Origin: Paracoccaceae bacterium
GTDB lineage: Bacteria > Pseudomonadota > Alphaproteobacteria > Rhodobacterales > Rhodobacteraceae
Assembly: GCA_024640245.1 (NCBI GenBank)
Contig: JAHEFH010000002.1
Coordinates: 263-64,262, forward strand
Reading direction: 5' to 3'
DNA length: 64,000 nt
This document shows, one piece after another, positions 43,199 to 51,174 of this stretch. The stretch's first letter is position 1. Each line of letters starts with the position of its first letter. The position numbers and the translations under genes were made by a program. The notes below the pieces were generated by a model. That model saw only the letters and a list, made by a program, of their open reading frames with translations, had not been told where the DNA came from and ran no database searches.

Positions 43199-44500
43199 AT
43201 GCAAGGCAACCACGTCCAGAGCCACCCGCAGCGTTACGCGCTTTCGAACGAACTGCATGCCCGCCCGTTTTCCCAGATCGATGCGCCGAGCCGCGCTGCC
43301 TGTATCGCACTCTTGTCGAACGGCAACGCGGACGAGGATCGCGCGTTTTTGCGTCTCCTGCTGGACCGGTTCGGGGCAAGCCATCCGCCGGATGCGGCGG
43401 ATCACCATTCGGTCGATCTGGGTAAAGTGCAGCTGAAATGGGAGCGACACACCGAATTCGTCACTTACACCCTGTTCGGTAAGGGCGTTTCTGATGATCC
43501 CTTCTCTGGCGGCCTAGCTGCGAACTTTCCGAAAGACTGGCTGGAAAAATCGCCGGGACCCTTGATGACGTCGCTGTTGTTACGCATCGACGGGCCGATG
43601 ACGATCAAGAAGGCCGAATCGATGGCCAATGTCGAGTTTCAGGACTGGTTCGTCGGCGAGAGCCTGGCGCAGTCCTTCGTTCTGGACAAAGACGCCGTCA
43701 TCGCCAGCGATTTCCGCATAGACGCTGCTGGCCATACGCGCTTCGCGTTGTTGGCCATCGGGCAGGTCGGCCAACGGCGGCTGGGCCGTATCGTCCAACG
43801 CCTGATCGAGATCGAGACCTACAAGGCCATGGCCATGTTGACGCTGCCGATCGCAAAGGATGTGTTCGCAAGGCTCGGGCCGCTCAATAACGAGATATCG
43901 GATGTCGTCCGGTCGCTGTCGCAGGGCGAGGGCACGTCGAAAGAGGGGTTGGAGAACCTGCTGTCGATCGCGGCCCAGATCGAATCTCTCAACGCTGATC
44001 ATTCTTTCCGTTTCAGCGCGGCAGAGGCCTATTCGACCATCGTAAGCCAGCGGATCAACATCCTGCGAGAGGAACGCCTGCTGGGCGGCCAGACCTTCGG
44101 CGAGTTCATGATGCGCCGGTTCGATCCTGCGATGCGCACCTGTTCTTCGGCGCGGGCGCGGCTGGACGAGACTTCTAACCGAGCGGCGCGGGCCTCGGAC
44201 CTCTTGAGCACGCGGGTGAATGTCCGGACCAACCAGCAGAACCGGGCCCTGCTGGAGCAGATGGACAACCGTGCCGCGCTGCAACTGCGCTTGCAGGAAA
44301 CCGTCGAAGGCCTGTCTGTGGTCGCGATCAGCTATTACGGGACGAATTTGCTGGCTTCGTTATTGTATCCGGCTGCCGGCCGGTTCGGGTTTGACAAAAG
44401 CTACCTGACGGCGGCGTTGGTCATTCCCGTGGTGCTGGCGGTCTGGGCAATGATGCGCCGCGTCCGAAAACGGCTGCACCCGAAAAAACCTAAATCCTGA
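43199..44500 (+). CDS. DUF3422 family protein
   Basis: NELHARP, WERHTEF, QRLIEIETY, RRFDPAMRT, LQETVEGLSVVAISYY, C-terminal TM pair. Confidence 0.88.
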   Translation: MQGNHVQSHPQRYALSNELHARPFSQIDAPSRAACIALLSNGNADEDRAFLRLLLDRFGASHPPDAADHHSVDLGKVQLKWERHTEFVTYTLFGKGVSDDPFSGGLAANFPKDWLEKSPGPLMTSLLLRIDGPMTIKKAESMANVEFQDWFVGESLAQSFVLDKDAVIASDFRIDAAGHTRFALLAIGQVGQRRLGRIVQRLIEIETYKAMAMLTLPIAKDVFARLGPLNNEISDVVRSLSQGEGTSKEGLENLLSIAAQIESLNADHSFRFSAAEAYSTIVSQRINILREERLLGGQTFGEFMMRRFDPAMRTCSSARARLDETSNRAARASDLLSTRVNVRTNQQNRALLEQMDNRAALQLRLQETVEGLSVVAISYYGTNLLASLLYPAAGRFGFDKSYLTAALVIPVVLAVWAMMRRVRKRLHPKKPKS

Positions 44501-45140
44501 ACAGCGGCTGCATCAGGCGTGGCAGCAGGGAATTGAACCGCAGCGGCGCGTCGGTGGCGGCCAGACAGATACAGTCCTCGCCCATTTCGGCCACCGGCTG
44601 ATGGTTCAGGTCCTCGTCCGCGATCTCGATATCGCCGCGGCCGAAACGGTCGACCTCGTCGGCGAAAGCGCCTTGCAGGACAAGCGTCAGTTCGGTTCCG
44701 CGGTGGCCGTGGTCCGGCACGGCGCAACCGGCCGGAATGAACAGCAGGCGCGCTGTAGCCCCCTTGGCGGTAGGCAGGATCGCCTGCTTGGTGCCATTTC
44801 CCAGAGAACGCCATCGCACGGAATCTAGATCACCGCCAACATAGACTTGCAGCGGATTCGGGAAAACGCCCTTCGAGGGTTCGGCCCTGGCGACCACCTG
44901 CCGGTCGGTCTTGATACGCTCCAGACAGGAAGCAAGAGCACCGGCCGACATTTTTGCGGCGGCGGTCGATTCCAGAACGGCCCCGCCGACGGCTTCGTAA
45001 CTTTCGACGCCGGCGCGGCTCTCGTCGCAGAGCGACAGATGCGTTGCGACCACGAGGTTGAAGGCCTCCGGCAGGATGCCTGCGGCATAGCCCATCATCA
45101 ATTCGTCATTCAGTGTGTGTTTTACAGTCATGTTCTTCAT
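44490..45140 (-). CDS. chrR: Anti-sigma factor ChrR
   Basis: HxxxCxxC (HLSLCDEC-like HLSLCDES) ZAS domain, cupin HGHRGTE, CICL; follows an ECF sigma gene. Confidence 0.93.
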   Translation of the reverse strand: MKNMTVKHTLNDELMMGYAAGILPEAFNLVVATHLSLCDESRAGVESYEAVGGAVLESTAAAKMSAGALASCLERIKTDRQVVARAEPSKGVFPNPLQVYVGGDLDSVRWRSLGNGTKQAILPTAKGATARLLFIPAGCAVPDHGHRGTELTLVLQGAFADEVDRFGRGDIEIADEDLNHQPVAEMGEDCICLAATDAPLRFNSLLPRLMQPLFRI

Positions 45141-45685
45141 TTCAAGCTGTGGCGCATGCGTTCCAGCGCCAACCTAATTCGGGATTTGATTGTGCCAAGC
45201 GGCAATCCGGTTTCCATCGCAATCTCCTGATGCGACAGGTCGCCGTAGAAAGCGCGCTTCACGATATCGCGCTGTTTGTCCGGCAATTCTTCGATCACCT
45301 TGGCAAGGCGGGTTGATTCCTGTTGGAGTTCCAGCGCTTCCGCCGCGTCCGGTTCCTGATCCTCCTGCCACGGCAGGCTTTCGGGCTCAGGCCGGCTCTG
45401 ACGGCGCAGCGCGTCTATTTTCTTGTTTCGCGCAATGGTGAAAATCCACGTTGCCACCGACGCGCGTGTCGGGTCGAACAGATGGGCCTTGCGCCACAGC
45501 GTGACCATTACTTCCTGGCTGCATTCCTCGGCAAGACCCTCGTCCGCGCCGGACTTCATCAAAAAGGATTTCACGCGCGGCGCGAAATGATTGAACAGTT
45601 CTGCAAATGCGGCCTGATCCTTCTGGTCCCGTATGCGTTCCACGCATTCAAGCCAGAAAACGTCCTTGGTAGATTTGGTCTTCAC
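45137..45685 (-). CDS. rpoE: ECF sigma factor RpoE (ChrR-paired, singlet-oxygen response)
   Basis: FAPRVKSFL, WIFTIARN, LGTIKSRIRLA. GTG 45685 has an AAGGAAG SD and gives 182 aa; in-frame ATG 45790 is an alternative start. Confidence 0.93.
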   Translation of the reverse strand: MKTKSTKDVFWLECVERIRDQKDQAAFAELFNHFAPRVKSFLMKSGADEGLAEECSQEVMVTLWRKAHLFDPTRASVATWIFTIARNKKIDALRRQSRPEPESLPWQEDQEPDAAEALELQQESTRLAKVIEELPDKQRDIVKRAFYGDLSHQEIAMETGLPLGTIKSRIRLALERMRHSLK

Positions 45686-45798
45686 CGAATTCGACTTCCT
45701 TGCATACGACACCAACCCCTCCGGTCGAAGATAGACCGAAGCGGCGCGCGATGCAGTAGATTTCTCTAATGTGTTGGTTGATCCGTACATGACACTTG

Positions 45799-45824
45799 TA
45801 CGCACGCACCGCAGCGTTGGATCA
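45799..45824 (-). promoter_or_regulatory. SigmaE-dependent promoter of rpoE-chrR
   Basis: Minus strand TGATCC-N16-CGTA. Confidence 0.85.
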
Positions 45825-45836
45825 CTTTCCTATTTT

Positions 45837-45862
45837 TGATCCATTGACGGATTGGCGGCGTA
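45837..45862 (+). promoter_or_regulatory. SigmaE-dependent promoter of the ufaD/ufaO-type operon
   Basis: TGATCC-N16-CGTA, about 40 nt upstream of ATG 45903. Confidence 0.85.
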
Positions 45863-45902
45863 TACCTTCACAGTTACAAATCGAACCAAGGACGCTTGAA
45901 GA

Positions 45903-47189
45903 ATGCCATTTGAATATGCACCGGCCGCTCCGCAGAAAATCGCTGTCATCGGGGCCGGAATCAGCGGGATGGGGGCCGCGCACCTGCTGTCCAAAGCGCA
46001 TGACGTGACATTGTACGAGAGCGCCGGGCGGCTCGGCGGTCATGCACGTACGGTCATTGCGGGAAAGAACGGTGATCAGCCGGTCGATACGGGATTTATC
46101 GTTTTCAACTACGCCAATTATCCACGCATGACGAAAATGTTCGATGCGCTGGATGTGCCAGTGGTTAAGAGCAACATGAGTTTCGGCGTATCGGCGGAAG
46201 ACGGCCGCGTCGAATATGCCTTGTCCACTCTGTCTGCCCTTTTTGCCCAGCGCCGGAACATCGTCAATCCGATGTTTCTGAACATGCTGTCCGATATCCT
46301 GCGCTTCAACAAACGTGCGGCCGTTGTCGCGCGACAGGGCGACCTGACGCTGGGCGAGCTTCTGGACGAGATGCAACTGGGCAAGTGGTTTCGGGATTAC
46401 TATCTGCTGCCGTTTTCCGGCGCGATCTGGAGCACGCCGCTGAACCAGATGATGTCTTTTCCGGCAGAGGCCCTGATACGGTTTTTTCTGAACCACAACT
46501 TGATGAGCGTTGCCGGCCAGCACCAGTGGTATACGGTCAACGGCGGCTCCATCGAATATGTGAAGCGGCTGGAGGCGGCGATGCGCGCCCAGCTGGTCGA
46601 TATCCGGCTGGACGCGCCGGTTTACGGTGTCCGCCGCGATGCCTCCGGCGTCTGGGTTCGCGCCAGGGGCGGCGACTGGGAACATTACGACCGCGTTGTG
46701 TTCGCCTGCCATTCCGACGATGCCCTGAAAATGCTGGAGGCGCCGAGCGCGGACGAAAAGGCCATCCTCGGCGCGTTGCGCTATCAGGACAACCGTGCGG
46801 TATTGCACGCCGATCCCTCGGTCATGCCTAAACGCCGCAATTGCTGGGCATCCTGGGTCTATTCCACCGATCGCGTCCGTGACGATGATCCTGTCGGCGT
46901 TACCTACTGGATGAACTCCCTGCAACCTATCCCGCAGGACGACCTGTTACTTGGGTCGCTGAACCCGACGCGACCCTTGCGGGATGAACTGATCTATGAC
47001 GAAACCACCTTCCGTCATCCGGTCTTTGACCGCGCGGCGCTGGAGGCGCAGCCAAAGCTGCAAGATATCCAAGGCCGGAACAACACATGGTACTGTGGGG
47101 CGTATATGCGCAACGGCTTTCACGAGGACGGTTATTCGAGCGCCGTCGACGTGGCCGAGAACATGGGAATGGTTGCTGAATGGGCGTAA
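45903..47189 (+). CDS. ufaD: FAD-dependent oxidoreductase, RSP1091/UfaD-like fatty acyl desaturase
   Basis: IGAGISG, RLGGH, VDTGFIVFN, GFHEDG; divergent from rpoE as in Rhodobacter sphaeroides. Confidence 0.82.
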   Translation: MPFEYAPAAPQKIAVIGAGISGMGAAHLLSKAHDVTLYESAGRLGGHARTVIAGKNGDQPVDTGFIVFNYANYPRMTKMFDALDVPVVKSNMSFGVSAEDGRVEYALSTLSALFAQRRNIVNPMFLNMLSDILRFNKRAAVVARQGDLTLGELLDEMQLGKWFRDYYLLPFSGAIWSTPLNQMMSFPAEALIRFFLNHNLMSVAGQHQWYTVNGGSIEYVKRLEAAMRAQLVDIRLDAPVYGVRRDASGVWVRARGGDWEHYDRVVFACHSDDALKMLEAPSADEKAILGALRYQDNRAVLHADPSVMPKRRNCWASWVYSTDRVRDDDPVGVTYWMNSLQPIPQDDLLLGSLNPTRPLRDELIYDETTFRHPVFDRAALEAQPKLQDIQGRNNTWYCGAYMRNGFHEDGYSSAVDVAENMGMVAEWA

Positions 47190-47944
47190 CGCTGGAACAT
47201 ATCCGCGGCCGGACATACCATGGCCGTCATGGCGCGATAAGTAACGCTTTTCGCTACCGGGTGGATTATGTCCTGTGCGATCCGTCCGGCGACGAGCAGG
47301 AGCCGCTTCTGTTTTCGCGGAATTCCGGAAATCTGGTGTCTTTGCATGATGTCGATCACGGCGGCAAACGCGGCGAGGGGCAGGGCGTGTTATGGGTTCG
47401 CCAGATACTGAAAGACAACGGGTTTTCCGATCTTCTGGGCGGCAGAATTTTGTTGTTGGCCCAGCCCCGCGTTCTTGGCTTCGTGTTCAATCCCGTCAGC
47501 TTCTGGCTGGTCTACGATGTCGATGCCGTGCTGCGCCTTGTGGTGGCGGAGGTGAACAACACTTTCGGCGATCGCCATTCCTACCTTTGCCACCACGACG
47601 ACCTGCGCCAGATCCGGCGCGAGGATACCCTGCACGCGCGCAAGGTTTTCCATGTCTCGCCGTTCCAGCCCGTGACCGGCGAATACGCGTTCCGGTTCGA
47701 CATATCCGACAGGAAAATAGGCATCTGGATCGACTACCGCACCGGGGACGGCGGCGTACTGGCGACCTTTACCGGACGGCGGCAGCCGCTGACCAGCTGG
47801 ACGATCCTGCAAACCTGTGTCGCGCGGCCTTTCGGGTCGATGCGCGTCGTCGCCCTGATCTACTGGCAGGCGCTGAAGTTGAAACTGAAGGGTGCGGTCT
47901 ATCGTTCGCGTCCGTTGCCGCCGTCCGAGGAAGTGTCTCGATGA
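47180..47944 (+). CDS. ufaO: DUF1365 family protein, RSP1090/UfaO-like
   Basis: LLAQPRVLGFVFNPVSFW, EVNNTFGDRHSY, KVFHVSPF, IYWQALKL. Confidence 0.82.
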   Translation: MGVTLEHIRGRTYHGRHGAISNAFRYRVDYVLCDPSGDEQEPLLFSRNSGNLVSLHDVDHGGKRGEGQGVLWVRQILKDNGFSDLLGGRILLLAQPRVLGFVFNPVSFWLVYDVDAVLRLVVAEVNNTFGDRHSYLCHHDDLRQIRREDTLHARKVFHVSPFQPVTGEYAFRFDISDRKIGIWIDYRTGDGGVLATFTGRRQPLTSWTILQTCVARPFGSMRVVALIYWQALKLKLKGAVYRSRPLPPSEEVSR

Positions 47945-48465
47945 GGTTGCTCTGGTCGATCCTTGCATGTTTCGCGGCCAATGCCGCGGCAGCTTCCGAA
48001 GCGCGGCCGCCGGAGGTCGAGCGCATGGTCGCGCGGGCCGAACTGCGCGGTTCGGCGCTTGTAGATTTCCTGTCCTTTCCACTTTACCAAGCGCAGCTCT
48101 GGACGCCGGAACAGCGGAGCGTGGATCAGGTCGGCAGTTTTGCCCTGTCGCTGACCTACAAGCGCGGTTTCAAGGCCCGGTCGCTTGCGAAGGGCTCGGT
48201 GAGCGAAATCGCCAGAATCGAAGGTCGACCAAAGTCGGATTTCGAAGATCTGGAAGCGACGCTGCGCGATTGCTTTGTGGATGTGACGGTTGACGACCGC
48301 ATAACCGGCGTGTCCTCTTCGTCGGATTCGGCGACGTTTTTTGTCAACGGCGAGCGGAGTTGTGCCGTGTCTTATCCTGATCTGCGCGAAAGGTTCTTCG
48401 GTATCTGGTTGGGCAGCGACACCCGCGATCCTGAAGTAACAGCGCGCCTGAGGGGAGAGCCCTGA
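47941..48465 (+). CDS. Chalcone-isomerase-like exported protein
   Basis: ATG 47941 overlaps upstream stop; signal peptide; LYQAQLW, FALSLTYKR, DVTVDDRITG, FFGIWLG. Confidence 0.72.
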   Translation: MRLLWSILACFAANAAAASEARPPEVERMVARAELRGSALVDFLSFPLYQAQLWTPEQRSVDQVGSFALSLTYKRGFKARSLAKGSVSEIARIEGRPKSDFEDLEATLRDCFVDVTVDDRITGVSSSSDSATFFVNGERSCAVSYPDLRERFFGIWLGSDTRDPEVTARLRGEP

Positions 48466-49706
48466 TGGAAGCCGTCCTGCCGCGCGCCGAGGCTTTTTTG
48501 CCCCGTTACGGACTATTCGCAGGGTTTCTGGCCTTTGCCGGACTGCCCATATACATCCACGCGCCGAAGTTCTTCGTCGACGAATACGGAGTAAGCCTTG
48601 CGGCGATCGGCGGCGTGTTACTTACGCTGCGCCTGTTCGATTTTCTGCAGGATCCGTTTCTGGGCAAGCTCGTTGACCGTCTGGGCTCTGCACAGGCTCC
48701 GGCGGCATCGGCAGCGGCGATCTTGCTGGCGCTGTCCATGGTTGTGCTGTTTGCCGTGACGCCCCTGTTCGATCCACTGCTCTGGTTTTTCGCCGTACTG
48801 GCCGTTCTGTTCACCTGTTTCAGTTTCCTGACTATCCTTTTTTATGCGCAGGGTATCGGTATGGCCCCGCAGCTTGGGCCGGGTGGCCATATCCGGCTTG
48901 CAGCTTGGCGCGAGAGCGGGTCTCTGACCGGTGTCTGTTTTGCAAGCGTCTTGCCTGCGGCACTGACCGCGACCGGTGTGCTGTCGCCGATGGCAGGATT
49001 TTCGCTGTTTTTCGCCGTTCTGGCGCTGGCCGCCGCCGGTCTCATGCATCGGGTCTGGTCGGTGGAAATGACGCGCACCGGTTCGTTGCGCGCGGTTCTT
49101 GCCGATCCGGGGTTGCGGCGGCTTGTGGTCGTCGGGCTGTTCAATGCAGCGCCGATTGCCGTGACCTCCACGTTATTTCTATTTTTTGTCGACGGCAGGT
49201 TGCAGGCCGAGGCTTTGTCCGGCCCTCTGCTGTTGCTGTTCTTCCTCTCGGCTGCCGCATCGGTGCCTTTGTGGTCGCGTCTGGCCGACCGGATCGGTCC
49301 GAAGCGCAGCCTGATTCGGGGAATGGTCCTGTCGGTAATCGCTTTTGCCTTTGCTGCTCCGCTTGGCGCGGGAGACGTCGGAATATTCGTGTTGGTCTGC
49401 ATCGCCTCCGGTGCGGCGCTGGGCGCTGACATGACTTTGCTGCCGGCGTTGTTTTCGCGTCGGATCGAAGTCGCGCGGATTTCCGGCGGGCAGGCCTTCG
49501 GTCTTTGGAATTTCTGCACCAAGTTCACGCTGGCGCTGGCGGCGGCCACGGTCTTGCCGTTGCTGGACCTGAGCGGTTTCAACCAGAGCGGCGGGAATAC
49601 GACGGAGGCGCTGCGCACGCTGTCACTGTTATATGCCGTGGTCCCCTGCGCCCTGAAAATTATCGCTATCGGCATTCTCGCCGGTACCAAACTTGAGGAG
49701 GTGTAA
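48465..49706 (+). CDS. MFS transporter (GPH/MFS_2-like)
   Basis: About 12 TM segments, RLFDFLQDPFLGKLVD, FGLWNFCTK. Confidence 0.88.
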   Translation: MEAVLPRAEAFLPRYGLFAGFLAFAGLPIYIHAPKFFVDEYGVSLAAIGGVLLTLRLFDFLQDPFLGKLVDRLGSAQAPAASAAAILLALSMVVLFAVTPLFDPLLWFFAVLAVLFTCFSFLTILFYAQGIGMAPQLGPGGHIRLAAWRESGSLTGVCFASVLPAALTATGVLSPMAGFSLFFAVLALAAAGLMHRVWSVEMTRTGSLRAVLADPGLRRLVVVGLFNAAPIAVTSTLFLFFVDGRLQAEALSGPLLLLFFLSAAASVPLWSRLADRIGPKRSLIRGMVLSVIAFAFAAPLGAGDVGIFVLVCIASGAALGADMTLLPALFSRRIEVARISGGQAFGLWNFCTKFTLALAAATVLPLLDLSGFNQSGGNTTEALRTLSLLYAVVPCALKIIAIGILAGTKLEEV

Positions 49707-50267
49707 ATGGGCACCGCACTAATCTTTGTTATTGCCGGACTGCTTCTGGCCGTTCTGGCGGGGTATCTGTTCCAGAATTTTCTGGGCTTCCGGGCGCAAA
49801 GGCCCGATGACTATGCCGGCCAGGGCAAGGAGTTCGATATCCGGCAACACCTGAACGGGCCGATGATTTGCGAAGGCGTGATTTATGGTCCGACGGGTCG
49901 GGTCAACACACGGTTCGTGGCGAATATGAACGCCAAATGGGTTGGCAATGACGGCCTTATGACTGAAGAGTTCCATTATGACACCGGTGGCAAGCTCGAC
50001 CGGGAATGGACGCTTCGCATGGACACAGACGGTGCCTTCATGGCAACTGCGCCGGACATTGTCGGCGTCGGTCAGGGACGTCAGGCGGGGTCGGCCGTAG
50101 AATTGAAATACGCCATCAAGCTGCCCGAAAGCGCGGGCGGGCATGTGCTGGATACCACAGACTGGATGTACCTGATGGAAAACGGAACGATCATCAACCG
50201 CAGCCAGATGCGCAAGTTCGGCATCAAGGTCGGAGAACTGGTGGCGACGATCCGCAAGGCCGCCTGA
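49707..50267 (+). CDS. DUF3833 family protein
   Basis: EEFHYDTG, REWTL, DWMYLMENGTIINRSQMRKFGIKV. Confidence 0.85.
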   Translation: MGTALIFVIAGLLLAVLAGYLFQNFLGFRAQRPDDYAGQGKEFDIRQHLNGPMICEGVIYGPTGRVNTRFVANMNAKWVGNDGLMTEEFHYDTGGKLDREWTLRMDTDGAFMATAPDIVGVGQGRQAGSAVELKYAIKLPESAGGHVLDTTDWMYLMENGTIINRSQMRKFGIKVGELVATIRKAA

Positions 50268-51004
50268 TGAATTTCTCCGGTAAACGTTATTGGCTGGTGG
50301 GTGCGAGCGAAGGTCTGGGTCGCGCTCTTGCGCACGAATTGTCGGCGCTGGGCGCGGAACTGGTGCTGAGCGCACGTGACGGAGGCAGGCTGCGCGCCCT
50401 GCAGGCGGAACTGCCAAACAAGTCTTATGTCGAGGAACTGGACGTTCGCGACACCGCAGCTGTGGAACAGGCCATGAAAGGTGCCGGTCATCTGGATGGA
50501 GTCATCTATCTGGCCGCGGTCTATTGGCCGACAAACTCGGCGGAATGGCAGCCGGATCAGGTCGAAGCGATGATTGATATAAACCTGACCGGTGCCGCGC
50601 GCGTATTGGGCCGGATCGTGCCGCAATTCGCGGCGGAAGATCGAGGCCACATTGTCATTATCGGCAGCCTGTCGGGGTTTCGCGGCCTGCCCGGCGCCAT
50701 CGGATACGGAGCCAGCAAGTCCGGCCTGATGCATCTGGCCGAAGACATTCATGCAGACCTGCACCGTACAAACGTCAAGGTGCAGCTGATCAATCCAGGT
50801 TTCATCAAATCGCGTCTGACCGAGAAGAACGACTTTCACATGCCTTTCCTGATGGACGCGGAAGCGGCAGGCAAACAGGTTGTCCTGGCGATGCGGAGCA
50901 AAAGGTTCCAGACCAATTTCCCGCGTGTCTTTTCTTGGCTCTTTCGGGCCGCGAACTTTCTGCCTGCCGGTTTGTACTATCGCCTGTTCGGCGCGAAGGC
51001 CTGA
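50267..51004 (+). CDS. Short-chain dehydrogenase/reductase
   Basis: ATG 50267 (TGATG overlap); GASEGLG, YGASK, INPGFIKS. Confidence 0.92.
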   Translation: MNFSGKRYWLVGASEGLGRALAHELSALGAELVLSARDGGRLRALQAELPNKSYVEELDVRDTAAVEQAMKGAGHLDGVIYLAAVYWPTNSAEWQPDQVEAMIDINLTGAARVLGRIVPQFAAEDRGHIVIIGSLSGFRGLPGAIGYGASKSGLMHLAEDIHADLHRTNVKVQLINPGFIKSRLTEKNDFHMPFLMDAEAAGKQVVLAMRSKRFQTNFPRVFSWLFRAANFLPAGLYYRLFGAKA

Positions 51005-51174
51005 CTATTTCCCGGACCTGATTCTCTGAAACTTCCGGGCGCGAAATTCCAGCGGGTTCGGCGGTAAATTGCGTGTTTGATCTGGCGCATGGCGTCCTGA
51101 TGCCATTGTGTTATCAATAAGTTCGGTTACCAAGTATAATTTAGACGTTTTTGTTAATAGTGCGGAGAGAGAAC

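Noticed and set aside
47392-47940. Apparent 357-aa ORF or frameshift fusion of DUF1365 with the CHI-like gene
   Set aside because: The upstream part is an alternative frame of DUF1365; the CHI-like gene has its own ATG and signal peptide at 47941.
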